Part shown: positions 8,231 through 17,638 of the stretch, one piece after another
How positions within the stretch are numbered: position 1 is the first letter of the stretch
How the letters are laid out: each line of letters starts with the position of its first letter
From: Sedimentisphaeraceae bacterium JB056
Lineage (GTDB): Bacteria > Planctomycetota > Phycisphaerae > Sedimentisphaerales > Sedimentisphaeraceae
DNA length: 64,000 bases
Reading direction: 5' to 3'
NCBI GenBank assembly: GCA_044440125.1
Contig: JBITAJ010000015.1
Coordinates: 96,001 to 160,000 of the forward strand
The notes under the pieces: generated by a model
Seen by the model: only the letters and a program-made list of their open reading frames with translations
Database searches by the model: none
Told to the model about the DNA's origin: nothing
Made by a program: the position numbers and the translations under genes

Positions 8231-11200
8231 ATGAAATACATAGCAATTCTCTTAGTTCTTGTTTTGTCAGGATTTTCTGCGGGTTCGACAGTATATTTTG
8301 ATCTTGATGATAGCTACATTGTTTCAGGTAATTGGAATACTGTTAGTGATTGGACCGAGGGCGTACACGTTATTGATGCTATCGACAGTGATGGTAATCA
8401 GACCGCTGTTTCCTTGAATTGTGCCGATGGTTTTGCTATGTATAATTCAAGCGGTGAATCGGCTGTAACAGCTTATCCGACAGAAGCGGGAATGGATTCT
8501 TTTTATCTTTCATATTCCAACAGTTATGCGAAAATTCAGATAGGCGGTCTGACGGAAGGACAGAGTTATGATTTTACGTTTTTCGGTTCACGTGCATCAA
8601 GCGGCCCCAGAGCTCTCGATATATCTATCGGCGGCACTCAAGTTACTCTTGATGCGGCATACAATATAAGTGATACCGTTACAATAAACGGAGTAGTTGC
8701 GCCGTCAAGCGGAATAGTGCAGATTAGTGTTTCGCTCTCTTCGGGCAGTAGTTACGGCTATCTTGGTGTTATCGAGATAAACGGCAATTTCGCTGCCCCT
8801 CAAATTCAGCCCGAAGGCATTTTTGTCGCTCCGTGGGGTCTTGATTCCAACCCGGGTACGTATAACTGGCCTAAAGCTACGATGTCAGGTGCTTTTGATG
8901 CGGTTGCTGATTATAAGCAGACTAACGGCTTACCGGTCGGCGGGTTGGACGTGAATTTCAGAGGCGGTCATTACTATTTTACTTCTACTGCTTTTGCTGA
9001 TAGTTCTATAGATGGCGAGGCAGGAAAACCTGTAACATTTAAGCCTTACAATGATGAAGAGGTTATTTTTGATGGAAGCGTTGAGATTAACAGCAGTGAC
9101 TTTTCACTTGTAACAGACCAGAGTGTTTTAGGGCGGCTTGGAGATAATGCTGCGGGTAATGTATATGGTTGTTATATTTCTGAGAGCAGTTTGAGAGATC
9201 AGCTTTCAAATGTAAATTCAGTTGTTGATCTTGATGGTAAAATGGCTCAGGTGAGCCGTTATCCAAATGTAGGAAATTCGCATATTGACAGTGTTATAGA
9301 TGCTGGTGAGATTTACGCTGTTGGTCGTACACCGGGTGATCCGCCGACTTACAGTATGTCTGACCCTATCGGAGCGGAATTTACTATACAAGAAACTGAT
9401 GCCGCAGAGTGGGAACTTGAATACCAATCTGTACAAAAGGCAGTTCTTACCGGTTATCTTGCTAATGACTGGTATAAGGAAAGTCATACAATCGCCTCGA
9501 TTAATTCCGGTGCAGTCAAATTATTGGAATACAGTCGATATGAGATAAACAGCAGTGGTGCAAGAAGATTTTATGTACTCAATCTTATGTGTGAATTAGA
9601 TTCAGAGGGTGAGTGGTACTTTGATGAGTCTGCGAATATTCTTTATGTATGGCCTTATGAACCGATAACCTCACAGACCGATATTGGTGTGTGGAATGGT
9701 CCTGAATTTTTGAAAATATATTGCAGTTATGTTAATTTTGAAGATTTTATAATTCAGGGAACAACACAGGGAGCAAGCGGAAGCGGTATGATTACTTTCT
9801 ATGCCGGTGATAATGTTAAATTTACCGGTTGTACCTTCCGTAATACCTCAAGACCTGCCGTCTCTTTCATGTCAGATTGCACAACTACAAACAGTGGTGT
9901 TGTCGGATGCGATTTTTATGATGCTTCTTCACACCTGAATATCTACGGTGGAGTAGCTGATGAGAATGAGATAACTGCCGCCGGTAATTACGCTATAAAC
10001 TGCCATTTTACACAGGTTCAGGCACGTGATTATCTTGGCCGTGTGTATTTCCGTGGTGTTGGCAATATTTTCCGCAACAACCTGATTCACAATCTGCCTG
10101 ATGATCCTGTAAAAGCAGGCGGATATGATAATGTTTTTGAACTTAACGAAATATTCAACTGCGGCTTTGAGAGTGGTGATGGCGGAGCTATATATTGGTC
10201 AGCCGGTATGGAAAGTTATGGGAATATATTCCGCAACAATTTTCTTCATCATCTCATGTGTACTCCCGGATTGCATCCAAAGGGTGGAATGTATCCTGAT
10301 CAGCTTGATGCCGGTGATACTTTTCAGCAGAATGTTTTTTATAAGGCGGCACATAGAGCTATACTTCTCAATGGCGGTGCAGGGCATCGTGTAGAGGCGA
10401 ATGTTTTCCTTCAAGGGTGTATTGGGTTGTATCAGACTGAAAGCTATGCGCAGGGTGCTTATGACGACATACCTCTTTACGATAACGGTACACTTACCCG
10501 CGGTGATGTTGGTGATTATATCTGGCGTACAGAACAGGTTGTCGGCGTAGAAGGCTGGAACAGTGAACCATGGCTTTCTCATTTTCCATTGTTTGCAACT
10601 GTTATGAATCAGGAAATGATGCGTTTCTGGCCAATTGAAAACTATTTCAATGATAATATGTTCTATGGAAATACCGATAGTAATCTTCAATATCGATTTA
10701 CTTCAAGCAGCGTTACTACTGATTTTGCATCACTTCCATCTTATGTGAGCGCAAGCGATAACAGGAATATAACACTTGATGTTTTTGTTGACCCATCTAA
10801 GCTCAACTTTAAATTTGTTGATAATGCACCATTGTGGGCACCTGCAATACCTTTTGATAACATCGGTCTTTATGTTGGCGATGGAAGGACAAGTGTGCCT
10901 AATAAAAACACTTATCGCAGCCTGATTAAAGAAAATTTTGCCGCTCGTCCAAGTTATGACGAATCTGCTTCGTATAATCCAGCTACGATAAACTCTCTGG
11001 TTTACTATAATACAGGTGAGCTTCTTATGAATCTACCTGATGCAGATTTTAATAGTGATGGCATTGTGAATATGCTTGATTATTCAGTGCTTGGCAGTGA
11101 ATGGCAACGAAGCGATGAAGAGTTTCAATGGAATGTATTTGATTTTGATACATTCACACTTGGCGAGCTTACTGCACAGCAAGGCTGGGAGGCTAAGAGC

Positions 11201-11881
11201 ACAATAGATGTTGTAGCAACCTCTGATGATGGTCTTTACACAGCGGGAAGGGCATTGAAAGATAGCAACTATGGTGATGATTGGCCTCGCGCAGATCAAA
11301 ACGGCATTGATTTAGGTATTGACACCTCTCAATGCGATATGATAAAGATAAGCTTTGATGTTCGTGAGGGTACGAATCCAAGTGAGGGAACAACACTTTA
11401 CAGTGCACGTTTATTCCTGCGTAATGGAGCTACATCAAACTATTCTCCTTCATTTGGTATTTCTGCGGGCAAAGTTGCTCTAAGACCAGAAGGTGAGCAG
11501 GGTGATACAATAGAGGGAAATAATCTTGCCGGAAGCGCATATTATGGTGCGGATAAATACTGGGAGAAAGGCGACTGGCTTAGAATTACCCTGATTCTTG
11601 ACGGTGAAACTTACAGGAATGCAACACTTGAAATTAAGAACCTATCAAAAGGCGGAACAGATATACCTACCGGAATAGCAAATATTGATGTCGGCAGAGA
11701 TATTGGCAGTGATGCTTCACTTTGGAACAGACCAACTTTCAGACTCAGCGGTTCTTATAATACTTATGTTGATAATATAATAACTGCGGGAGAAATAAAA
11801 TTTGTCCCTGTGGCTGATGTAACACTTGACGGTAGTGTTGATATTGATGATTTAGCTGAGTTAGCAGCTCAATGGTTATAA
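8231..11881 (+). CDS. Secreted GH141-like right-handed beta-helix protein with dockerin-like motifs and a WEKGDW repeat domain
   Basis: Signal peptide; N-terminal beta-sandwich-like domain; FVAPWGLDSNPGT, SRYPN, ELDSEGEWYFD, GDGGAIY, GGMYPD; C-terminal DFNSDGIVNMLD, repeat domain, DVTLDGSVDIDD. Confidence 0.75.
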   Translation: MKYIAILLVLVLSGFSAGSTVYFDLDDSYIVSGNWNTVSDWTEGVHVIDAIDSDGNQTAVSLNCADGFAMYNSSGESAVTAYPTEAGMDSFYLSYSNSYAKIQIGGLTEGQSYDFTFFGSRASSGPRALDISIGGTQVTLDAAYNISDTVTINGVVAPSSGIVQISVSLSSGSSYGYLGVIEINGNFAAPQIQPEGIFVAPWGLDSNPGTYNWPKATMSGAFDAVADYKQTNGLPVGGLDVNFRGGHYYFTSTAFADSSIDGEAGKPVTFKPYNDEEVIFDGSVEINSSDFSLVTDQSVLGRLGDNAAGNVYGCYISESSLRDQLSNVNSVVDLDGKMAQVSRYPNVGNSHIDSVIDAGEIYAVGRTPGDPPTYSMSDPIGAEFTIQETDAAEWELEYQSVQKAVLTGYLANDWYKESHTIASINSGAVKLLEYSRYEINSSGARRFYVLNLMCELDSEGEWYFDESANILYVWPYEPITSQTDIGVWNGPEFLKIYCSYVNFEDFIIQGTTQGASGSGMITFYAGDNVKFTGCTFRNTSRPAVSFMSDCTTTNSGVVGCDFYDASSHLNIYGGVADENEITAAGNYAINCHFTQVQARDYLGRVYFRGVGNIFRNNLIHNLPDDPVKAGGYDNVFELNEIFNCGFESGDGGAIYWSAGMESYGNIFRNNFLHHLMCTPGLHPKGGMYPDQLDAGDTFQQNVFYKAAHRAILLNGGAGHRVEANVFLQGCIGLYQTESYAQGAYDDIPLYDNGTLTRGDVGDYIWRTEQVVGVEGWNSEPWLSHFPLFATVMNQEMMRFWPIENYFNDNMFYGNTDSNLQYRFTSSSVTTDFASLPSYVSASDNRNITLDVFVDPSKLNFKFVDNAPLWAPAIPFDNIGLYVGDGRTSVPNKNTYRSLIKENFAARPSYDESASYNPATINSLVYYNTGELLMNLPDADFNSDGIVNMLDYSVLGSEWQRSDEEFQWNVFDFDTFTLGELTAQQGWEAKSTIDVVATSDDGLYTAGRALKDSNYGDDWPRADQNGIDLGIDTSQCDMIKISFDVREGTNPSEGTTLYSARLFLRNGATSNYSPSFGISAGKVALRPEGEQGDTIEGNNLAGSAYYGADKYWEKGDWLRITLILDGETYRNATLEIKNLSKGGTDIPTGIANIDVGRDIGSDASLWNRPTFRLSGSYNTYVDNIITAGEIKFVPVADVTLDGSVDIDDLAELAAQWL

Positions 11882-11894
11882 GAATGGCTTTTTT

Positions 11895-13517
11895 ATGAAT
11901 CGTAGGACTTTTCTTAAAGGTATATGTGCGGCGGGTGCTTGCTCTTTAGTTTCTGATACTGTTTTTTCTTCAGAAAAGAAGCGAAGGCCCAATGTTGTAT
12001 TTATAATTGTTGATGATAGTGAATTTGTCGAATACGGTTGTTACGATGGCATGGCTCTTACTCCAAATATCGATAAACTCGCGAACAGCGGCGTTAAATT
12101 TGAGAATGCATTTACCAGCTCTTCGGTTTGTACGCCGACAAGATATACCTGTCTTAGCGGTAAGTATGCAAGCAGGGCAAAGTCGCTTCTGACTGAAGAT
12201 AAGCAACCTGAAGATATGCCAAGATTTGTTCGCTGGAACAGCCATCTTAAATCTGGTGGATGGAATGTCGCGTCTGTATTGCAGAAAAATGGTTACTTCA
12301 CAGGGCTATGCGGTAAATGGCATGTTGGGCATGGTGAGTATTACCAAGAGCATCTGAAGGCACTTAATGTGCCGGCAGAAGTTTCACAGGCAGATCAAAT
12401 TGATCCTACTAACCCAATAGTTGATAAATATCTTGAAGAAAAATATGCTTTGCAGGTAGAAGATATTAAGAGGAGCTTTGGGTTTGATTTTGTTGGCAGT
12501 TTTTATTCCGGCAATCTTACCGATTATCCCAAGAACTATTCAAAATTAAATAAACATAATCACGACTGGATAACCCAATCAGCTTTGAATTTCATAGATG
12601 AATCACAGACGAAACAAAAGCCTTTTTTCCTGTATTTATCAACAACGCTTCAGCATGGTCCTACGCCTTTGAATTCTATTGAGGCGGATAGGAAAATCAC
12701 ATCAAAGGGACTGCTTGAAAAAGCTCCGGATGTTCAGCCTGGCTTCAAGTCGATGTATAAGAGGCTTGATGACGCAGGTGTTTCCAGAGAGATGGCTCCT
12801 TCTTTGTGGCTCGATGATGGAGTTGGTGCGGTTATGAAGAAATTGAAAGATTACGGCATTGAAGATGACACTGCCGTTTTCTTTTTTTCTGACCAGCAGT
12901 CATGGGGCAAGGGAAGTTGTTTCGATGGAGGTGTAAGAACTCCCTTAATATTCAGTTGGAAAGGGAGTGTAAAATCATCACAGGTTGAGGAGAATTTAGT
13001 CTCAAATATTGATTTTGTACCTACAATTTTTGATATATGCTCAGTTGAGGCACCTGCGGGTATGAAACTTGACGGCAGGAGTTTTCTGCCGCTTGTCAGT
13101 GGCGAATCAGAAGATTGGAGAGATGCCGTCTTTTTTGAACTTGGTAATATGAGGGCTGTAAGAACCAAAAGTTTTAAGTATATAGCTACTCGAAGCTATA
13201 CTGAAAAGCAATGGCAGGAGTTTCCTGAAGATGTTCGCCGGTCGCAGTGGTACAGAAGAAAGTATTTTAGGCTTAATTCAACATGGAAACCGCCATTAGA
13301 ATCAACAGCTTCAGTTTCGGCTGTGGCAAAATGGCGGCATGAACATTTTCAATATGCCGAAGATGCTGATCAGTTGTATGATTTGCGAATTGATCCGAGT
13401 GAGAATATGAACCTTGCAGATAGTATTGAGTATCAGGGTATACTAAAAAGAATGAAAAGTTTGCTTACAGATTGGCTTCAAACTATGCCTGGTTCTTTTG
13501 CAGAGTTTAAACAATAG
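11895..13517 (+). CDS. Formylglycine-dependent sulfatase (S1), Tat-exported
   Basis: MNRRTFLK twin-arginine signal; RPNVVFIIVDD, CTPTR (CxPxR), GKWH, QLYDLRIDPSE. Confidence 0.93.
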   Translation: MNRRTFLKGICAAGACSLVSDTVFSSEKKRRPNVVFIIVDDSEFVEYGCYDGMALTPNIDKLANSGVKFENAFTSSSVCTPTRYTCLSGKYASRAKSLLTEDKQPEDMPRFVRWNSHLKSGGWNVASVLQKNGYFTGLCGKWHVGHGEYYQEHLKALNVPAEVSQADQIDPTNPIVDKYLEEKYALQVEDIKRSFGFDFVGSFYSGNLTDYPKNYSKLNKHNHDWITQSALNFIDESQTKQKPFFLYLSTTLQHGPTPLNSIEADRKITSKGLLEKAPDVQPGFKSMYKRLDDAGVSREMAPSLWLDDGVGAVMKKLKDYGIEDDTAVFFFSDQQSWGKGSCFDGGVRTPLIFSWKGSVKSSQVEENLVSNIDFVPTIFDICSVEAPAGMKLDGRSFLPLVSGESEDWRDAVFFELGNMRAVRTKSFKYIATRSYTEKQWQEFPEDVRRSQWYRRKYFRLNSTWKPPLESTASVSAVAKWRHEHFQYAEDADQLYDLRIDPSENMNLADSIEYQGILKRMKSLLTDWLQTMPGSFAEFKQ

Positions 13518-13558
13518 TTTTTAGATATAGAGTAGTTAAAAAACATAGGGTTAATACT

Positions 13559-14578
13559 ATGACTTCCAAAGAGCGTGTGCGCAAAGCGATATGCTTCCAG
13601 GGACCGGACAAGGTCCCTCATTTTTTACCGGACGATAAAGAGAATGATCTTTTCTGGGCGGCGAGCTGGAATGTTGGCGGCAATCCAGGAAATATTTCAA
13701 AGAAGCCATGGACTGATATTGAGGGTACTGATTTTCAGGAGCACATTGATGCATGGGGTGTTGTGTGGCATAGACATATCACTGACAGCGGCAAGGGTGA
13801 GGCTAAGGAATATCCTATTGCTGATATTGCAAAGCAGGCTGAATACAAATTTCCCGATCTTAATCATCCGGCGTATTTTGATGCCGTGAAAAAAGTTGTT
13901 CAGGATAATGAAAAATCAGACAATCCGAAATATATTTTAGGTGTTGCTCCGTTTGCCACTCTCAACGAAGGTACGCATAATATCCGGGGTCTGCAGAATA
14001 TGTTTATGGATTATTATACAAATGCCGATGATCTTAAGGCCTTGATAGGCCGGCTTGCTGATAAGCAGGCTGAGGGGATCAGGTGTCTTGCGAAAGCCGG
14101 TTGTGATGGCGTGATGTTTTATGATGACTGGGGCCTGCAGGACAGGCTTATGGTAAGCCCTGATTTGATTGAGGAATTCTTTATGCCGTTCTACCGTAGA
14201 AACTGGCAGCTTTCCCACGAACTTGGGATGGAAAACTGGATGCATTCCTGCGGCTATATCATTGAGATGCTTCCTGTTTTCGCTGAGGCCGGGCTTAATG
14301 TGGCTCAGATAGATCAGCAGGAAAATATGGGATTGGAGAATTTAGCGGAGCAGGTTGGTGGCAAGGTTGCATTTTGGGCTCCTGTAGATATACAAAAGAC
14401 CATGATAGAAGGTTCGCTTGATGATATAAAGGCCTACGTTAAAAGAATGATAAGCACCATAGGCTCTTTCAATGGCGGCCTTGTAAGCATGGCTTATACG
14501 ACACCCGAAGATATTGGGCATACTCCTGAAAAGATCGCAGCAATGTGCGAAGCCTTCAGGGAATATGGAATATATTAA
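13559..14578 (+). CDS. Uroporphyrinogen decarboxylase-like / MtaA-CmuA superfamily protein
   Basis: MTSKERV start, DAWGVVW, RGLQNMFMD, DDWG, LMVSPD...EFFMP, HSCG, VDIQ. No signal peptide. Confidence 0.85.
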   Translation: MTSKERVRKAICFQGPDKVPHFLPDDKENDLFWAASWNVGGNPGNISKKPWTDIEGTDFQEHIDAWGVVWHRHITDSGKGEAKEYPIADIAKQAEYKFPDLNHPAYFDAVKKVVQDNEKSDNPKYILGVAPFATLNEGTHNIRGLQNMFMDYYTNADDLKALIGRLADKQAEGIRCLAKAGCDGVMFYDDWGLQDRLMVSPDLIEEFFMPFYRRNWQLSHELGMENWMHSCGYIIEMLPVFAEAGLNVAQIDQQENMGLENLAEQVGGKVAFWAPVDIQKTMIEGSLDDIKAYVKRMISTIGSFNGGLVSMAYTTPEDIGHTPEKIAAMCEAFREYGIY

Positions 14579-14643
14579 AAAGCTGTCGATGGAGGGTGTA
14601 TAATCAATAGTCGCGAGATTAATTAATCAGGTTGTGGGTATAA

Positions 14644-17607
14644 ATGTTGCTTTTAATGAATAAGAAAATTATCTCGGCAGGTATTTTTGTGTTTTTTGTA
14701 TTCTCAGCGTCTTTTGCATATGCCAAGGCCGCTGAAAATACAAAGATGAGTTTCCGTTTTACGTTCGGGCTTAAAGATGACGTTGCGGTCGAATGGAACG
14801 GAGAGATGAATATATCTGCTGGTGAGATTTTAAAAGCTTCTGCTTTAGACGTATGGCCGGATGAGTCTCGATCTGATTTTGTAATCGCTGATAGCGAACT
14901 AAGCTGGCAAGGTGGCTCAAAAAAAGATAAAAATCCCGACTGGGTCAAAGGCAATAATCATAAGCTGCCCGGCTATACGCCGTGGATCCATGATTATTCT
15001 ATATCCCGACCTTATAGTTTTATAGTAACTATTGAGACCGTTGCAGATACCAGAATTGCCGTCAAGACTCAAAGCCACGGTGAATTTACTTTTACTGCCG
15101 GTGAATTATCATTGGGCAGCAGTAAGAAATTTCTCGGTGGCCAGGTTGAAGTTGCCGCTTGTGCTTCTTCAAGTGAGGTAATGGCGATCGACAGGACAAC
15201 TCTGCCGATGAAATATAACGATTTCCCTTCTGTCTGCAACGATGAAGCCGGAACCGTGTATACAGCTTTTGTGTCGTTTACAGGCGGCACGAGTTCGCTT
15301 CTCAAACCCGGTACGGTAATATCGGGTAAAGGCAGAATTGAAAATTTCAGCGAAATTAACGATGAGCTTGGCGGCGATCAGATATTGCTTGTAAGGCAGC
15401 AGGACGGTCATATGTCTGAGCCTGAGCAGATAACCGATAGCGGAAAAGATATTTTTAGGGTTCAGATAGAATCAGCCGGCAACGATAAACTCTGGATAGT
15501 CTGGAGTGAACAGGTAAACGGAAATTGGGATTTATATCTCAAAATCCGTGAAAATGGAGACTGGAGTGAAATTCGCAGGCTTACCGCCGATGTCAACCCC
15601 GATATAAACCACGTGGTCGCAGAAGACGGCAAAGGCGGGCTGCATATAGTATGGCAGGGTTTCCGTGGAACCAATTCCGATATACTGTATATGCATCTTG
15701 ATTCTGAGGGCAATGTTTCCCCCGAGAAAACGGTAGCCTCTACGAACGCCAACGAATGGACGCCGGCAATAGCCGTGTCAGATGAGGGGAAAGTCGCTGT
15801 TGCCTGGGATACTTATGATAAAGGCGATTATGATGTCTATTACTGCCTCATGAATAAAGACGGCAGCTTTACCCAACCCCGGCCGGTGGCCGCAAGCCGT
15901 AAGTTTGAGGCCAGGCCCTCGGCGGTTTTTGATAAGGACCAGAGGCTTTGGATAGCCTATGAAGAAGCTGACGAGAACTGGGGCAAAGATGTCGGTGATG
16001 AGAGCCAGGTCAGCAAAAAAGCGGTCAATCTGCATATGGGAAGCACTATCGGTATAAGGTGCTTCAACGACGGCAGGGTGTATCAGCCCTGTGCGATGCC
16101 CCAATCCGTTATCGATATGGAAAGTTCCTATATTTATTATTACAAGAGATTTCAGAACCCGCGGGAATATTCAGTATACACTTCTCCGAATTATTATCTA
16201 TCGTTCCCGGTTCTTGCCAAAGATGCTGACGGCGGGATCAATCTCGTATATAAGAAGCAGTTGCTCAACGCTGTGGATATGCCCTTTGCAATCGTTTTTG
16301 GCAATTATATAACCCGTTTTGACGGTGTTTACTGGAGCCGACCGGTATATATGGCCGATTGTGAAGGTCATAGTTTTCAGAAGCCTGCCGTGGCAGAATT
16401 AAAGGATGGGCTTGTAGTTGCTTCGGGCTGCAATATGAGTGCTTCGAGTTCAAAGGGTCTTCAGAATGTCAGGCTCTCGAGAATCAATTTCCAAGACGAA
16501 ACTTTTGACTACCGGTTTCTGGAAGTCGATGAAGTAACTGTCGATAAGCCTAAGCAGGCAAGGGTTGAGGAAAAAGAAGATGTTGCCGCGATACGCGAAT
16601 TCCGTTCTGAGGCTAATGATACGGAGTATAGAATATTCAGTGGTGATTGCCACAGGCATACCACATTCTCCGGGGACGGCGGTTCGGATGGTTCAATATT
16701 TGACAGTATGAGATACGGACTTGATGTTGCCTCACTCAATTGGATGGGTAACGGCGATCATGACAACGGCTACAGGGAGTATGCGTGGTATATTACGCAG
16801 AAGATGTACGACGTATTCAAGATCAAGGATCATTTTGTGCCGATGTTCTGCTATGAGAGGAGCTACGGCTACCCCAGAGGGCACCGCAACGTACTTATGG
16901 CACATCGCGGTTTCAGGGTACTGCCCAGAAAAGGCGGAGCCAATGAAGATACCCTGTATGAATTCTGCCGCAAATACGATGCGATAAGTATTCCCCACAC
17001 AACCGGAACAAGAGCTGCCGGTACCGATTGGAGCTTCAATGACCCGGTGGCAGAGCCGGTTATGGAAATATACCAAGGTGCGAGAAATTCTTACGAGTAT
17101 CGGGGAGCCCCGCGAAGTGCGGGTGCGGATAGTAAAAATCCCGGTTTTTATTGGGATGCCCTTAAAAAAGGCTTTAAGATGGGCGTTATTTCCAGTTCCG
17201 ATCATAAGTCAACGCATTGCAGCTATGCGATGGTGTATCTTGATGATTATACAAGAACCGGGCTTATCGAAGCCTTGCGTAAACGCCATTGTTATGCGGC
17301 AACCGATAATATTATTCTTGAAGTTAAGTGCGGAGAGAATATGATGGGAGATATCTTTACGGTTGAAGGTGGTGTGAAGCTGGATATATACGCGAGAGGC
17401 ACTGATGAGATAAAGCAAATAGACATCATAAAGAATTGTGAAATAGTGAAAACCTTCAAGCCGCAAAAGCAGGAAGTTAAATTTACATGGCAGGATAATG
17501 ATGCCGGAAGCGGCGAAAACCATTATTATGTTCGGGTTTGGCAGCAAGACGGTGAACTTGCCTGGGGGACGCCTTTATGGATAACTATAAATTCTCAGAG
17601 CGAATGA
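14644..17607 (+). CDS. Secreted protein with repeat-rich middle region and C-terminal PHP-type (CehA/McbA, DUF3604-like) metallohydrolase domain
   Basis: Signal peptide (start may be ATG 14656); propeller-like repeats (LWIVWSE, LHIVWQG, VAVAWD, LWIAYE); GDCHRHT, GDHD, GHRN, IPHT, SSSDH, YYVRVWQ...AW motifs. Confidence 0.75.
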   Translation: MLLLMNKKIISAGIFVFFVFSASFAYAKAAENTKMSFRFTFGLKDDVAVEWNGEMNISAGEILKASALDVWPDESRSDFVIADSELSWQGGSKKDKNPDWVKGNNHKLPGYTPWIHDYSISRPYSFIVTIETVADTRIAVKTQSHGEFTFTAGELSLGSSKKFLGGQVEVAACASSSEVMAIDRTTLPMKYNDFPSVCNDEAGTVYTAFVSFTGGTSSLLKPGTVISGKGRIENFSEINDELGGDQILLVRQQDGHMSEPEQITDSGKDIFRVQIESAGNDKLWIVWSEQVNGNWDLYLKIRENGDWSEIRRLTADVNPDINHVVAEDGKGGLHIVWQGFRGTNSDILYMHLDSEGNVSPEKTVASTNANEWTPAIAVSDEGKVAVAWDTYDKGDYDVYYCLMNKDGSFTQPRPVAASRKFEARPSAVFDKDQRLWIAYEEADENWGKDVGDESQVSKKAVNLHMGSTIGIRCFNDGRVYQPCAMPQSVIDMESSYIYYYKRFQNPREYSVYTSPNYYLSFPVLAKDADGGINLVYKKQLLNAVDMPFAIVFGNYITRFDGVYWSRPVYMADCEGHSFQKPAVAELKDGLVVASGCNMSASSSKGLQNVRLSRINFQDETFDYRFLEVDEVTVDKPKQARVEEKEDVAAIREFRSEANDTEYRIFSGDCHRHTTFSGDGGSDGSIFDSMRYGLDVASLNWMGNGDHDNGYREYAWYITQKMYDVFKIKDHFVPMFCYERSYGYPRGHRNVLMAHRGFRVLPRKGGANEDTLYEFCRKYDAISIPHTTGTRAAGTDWSFNDPVAEPVMEIYQGARNSYEYRGAPRSAGADSKNPGFYWDALKKGFKMGVISSSDHKSTHCSYAMVYLDDYTRTGLIEALRKRHCYAATDNIILEVKCGENMMGDIFTVEGGVKLDIYARGTDEIKQIDIIKNCEIVKTFKPQKQEVKFTWQDNDAGSGENHYYVRVWQQDGELAWGTPLWITINSQSE

Positions 17608-17638
17608 TATTGGATAGAAAATTATTGGAGAGTATTAA

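Noticed and set aside
3818..11195. DNA-level similarity between repeat copies as a possible diversity-generating retroelement TR/VR pair
   Set aside because: Mismatches are mostly at third codon positions and not adenine-specific, and there is no reverse transcriptase in the window.
13559..14578. Calling the URO-D-like genes hemE
   Set aside because: They lack the HemE N-terminal RQAGR motif and any tetrapyrrole gene context.
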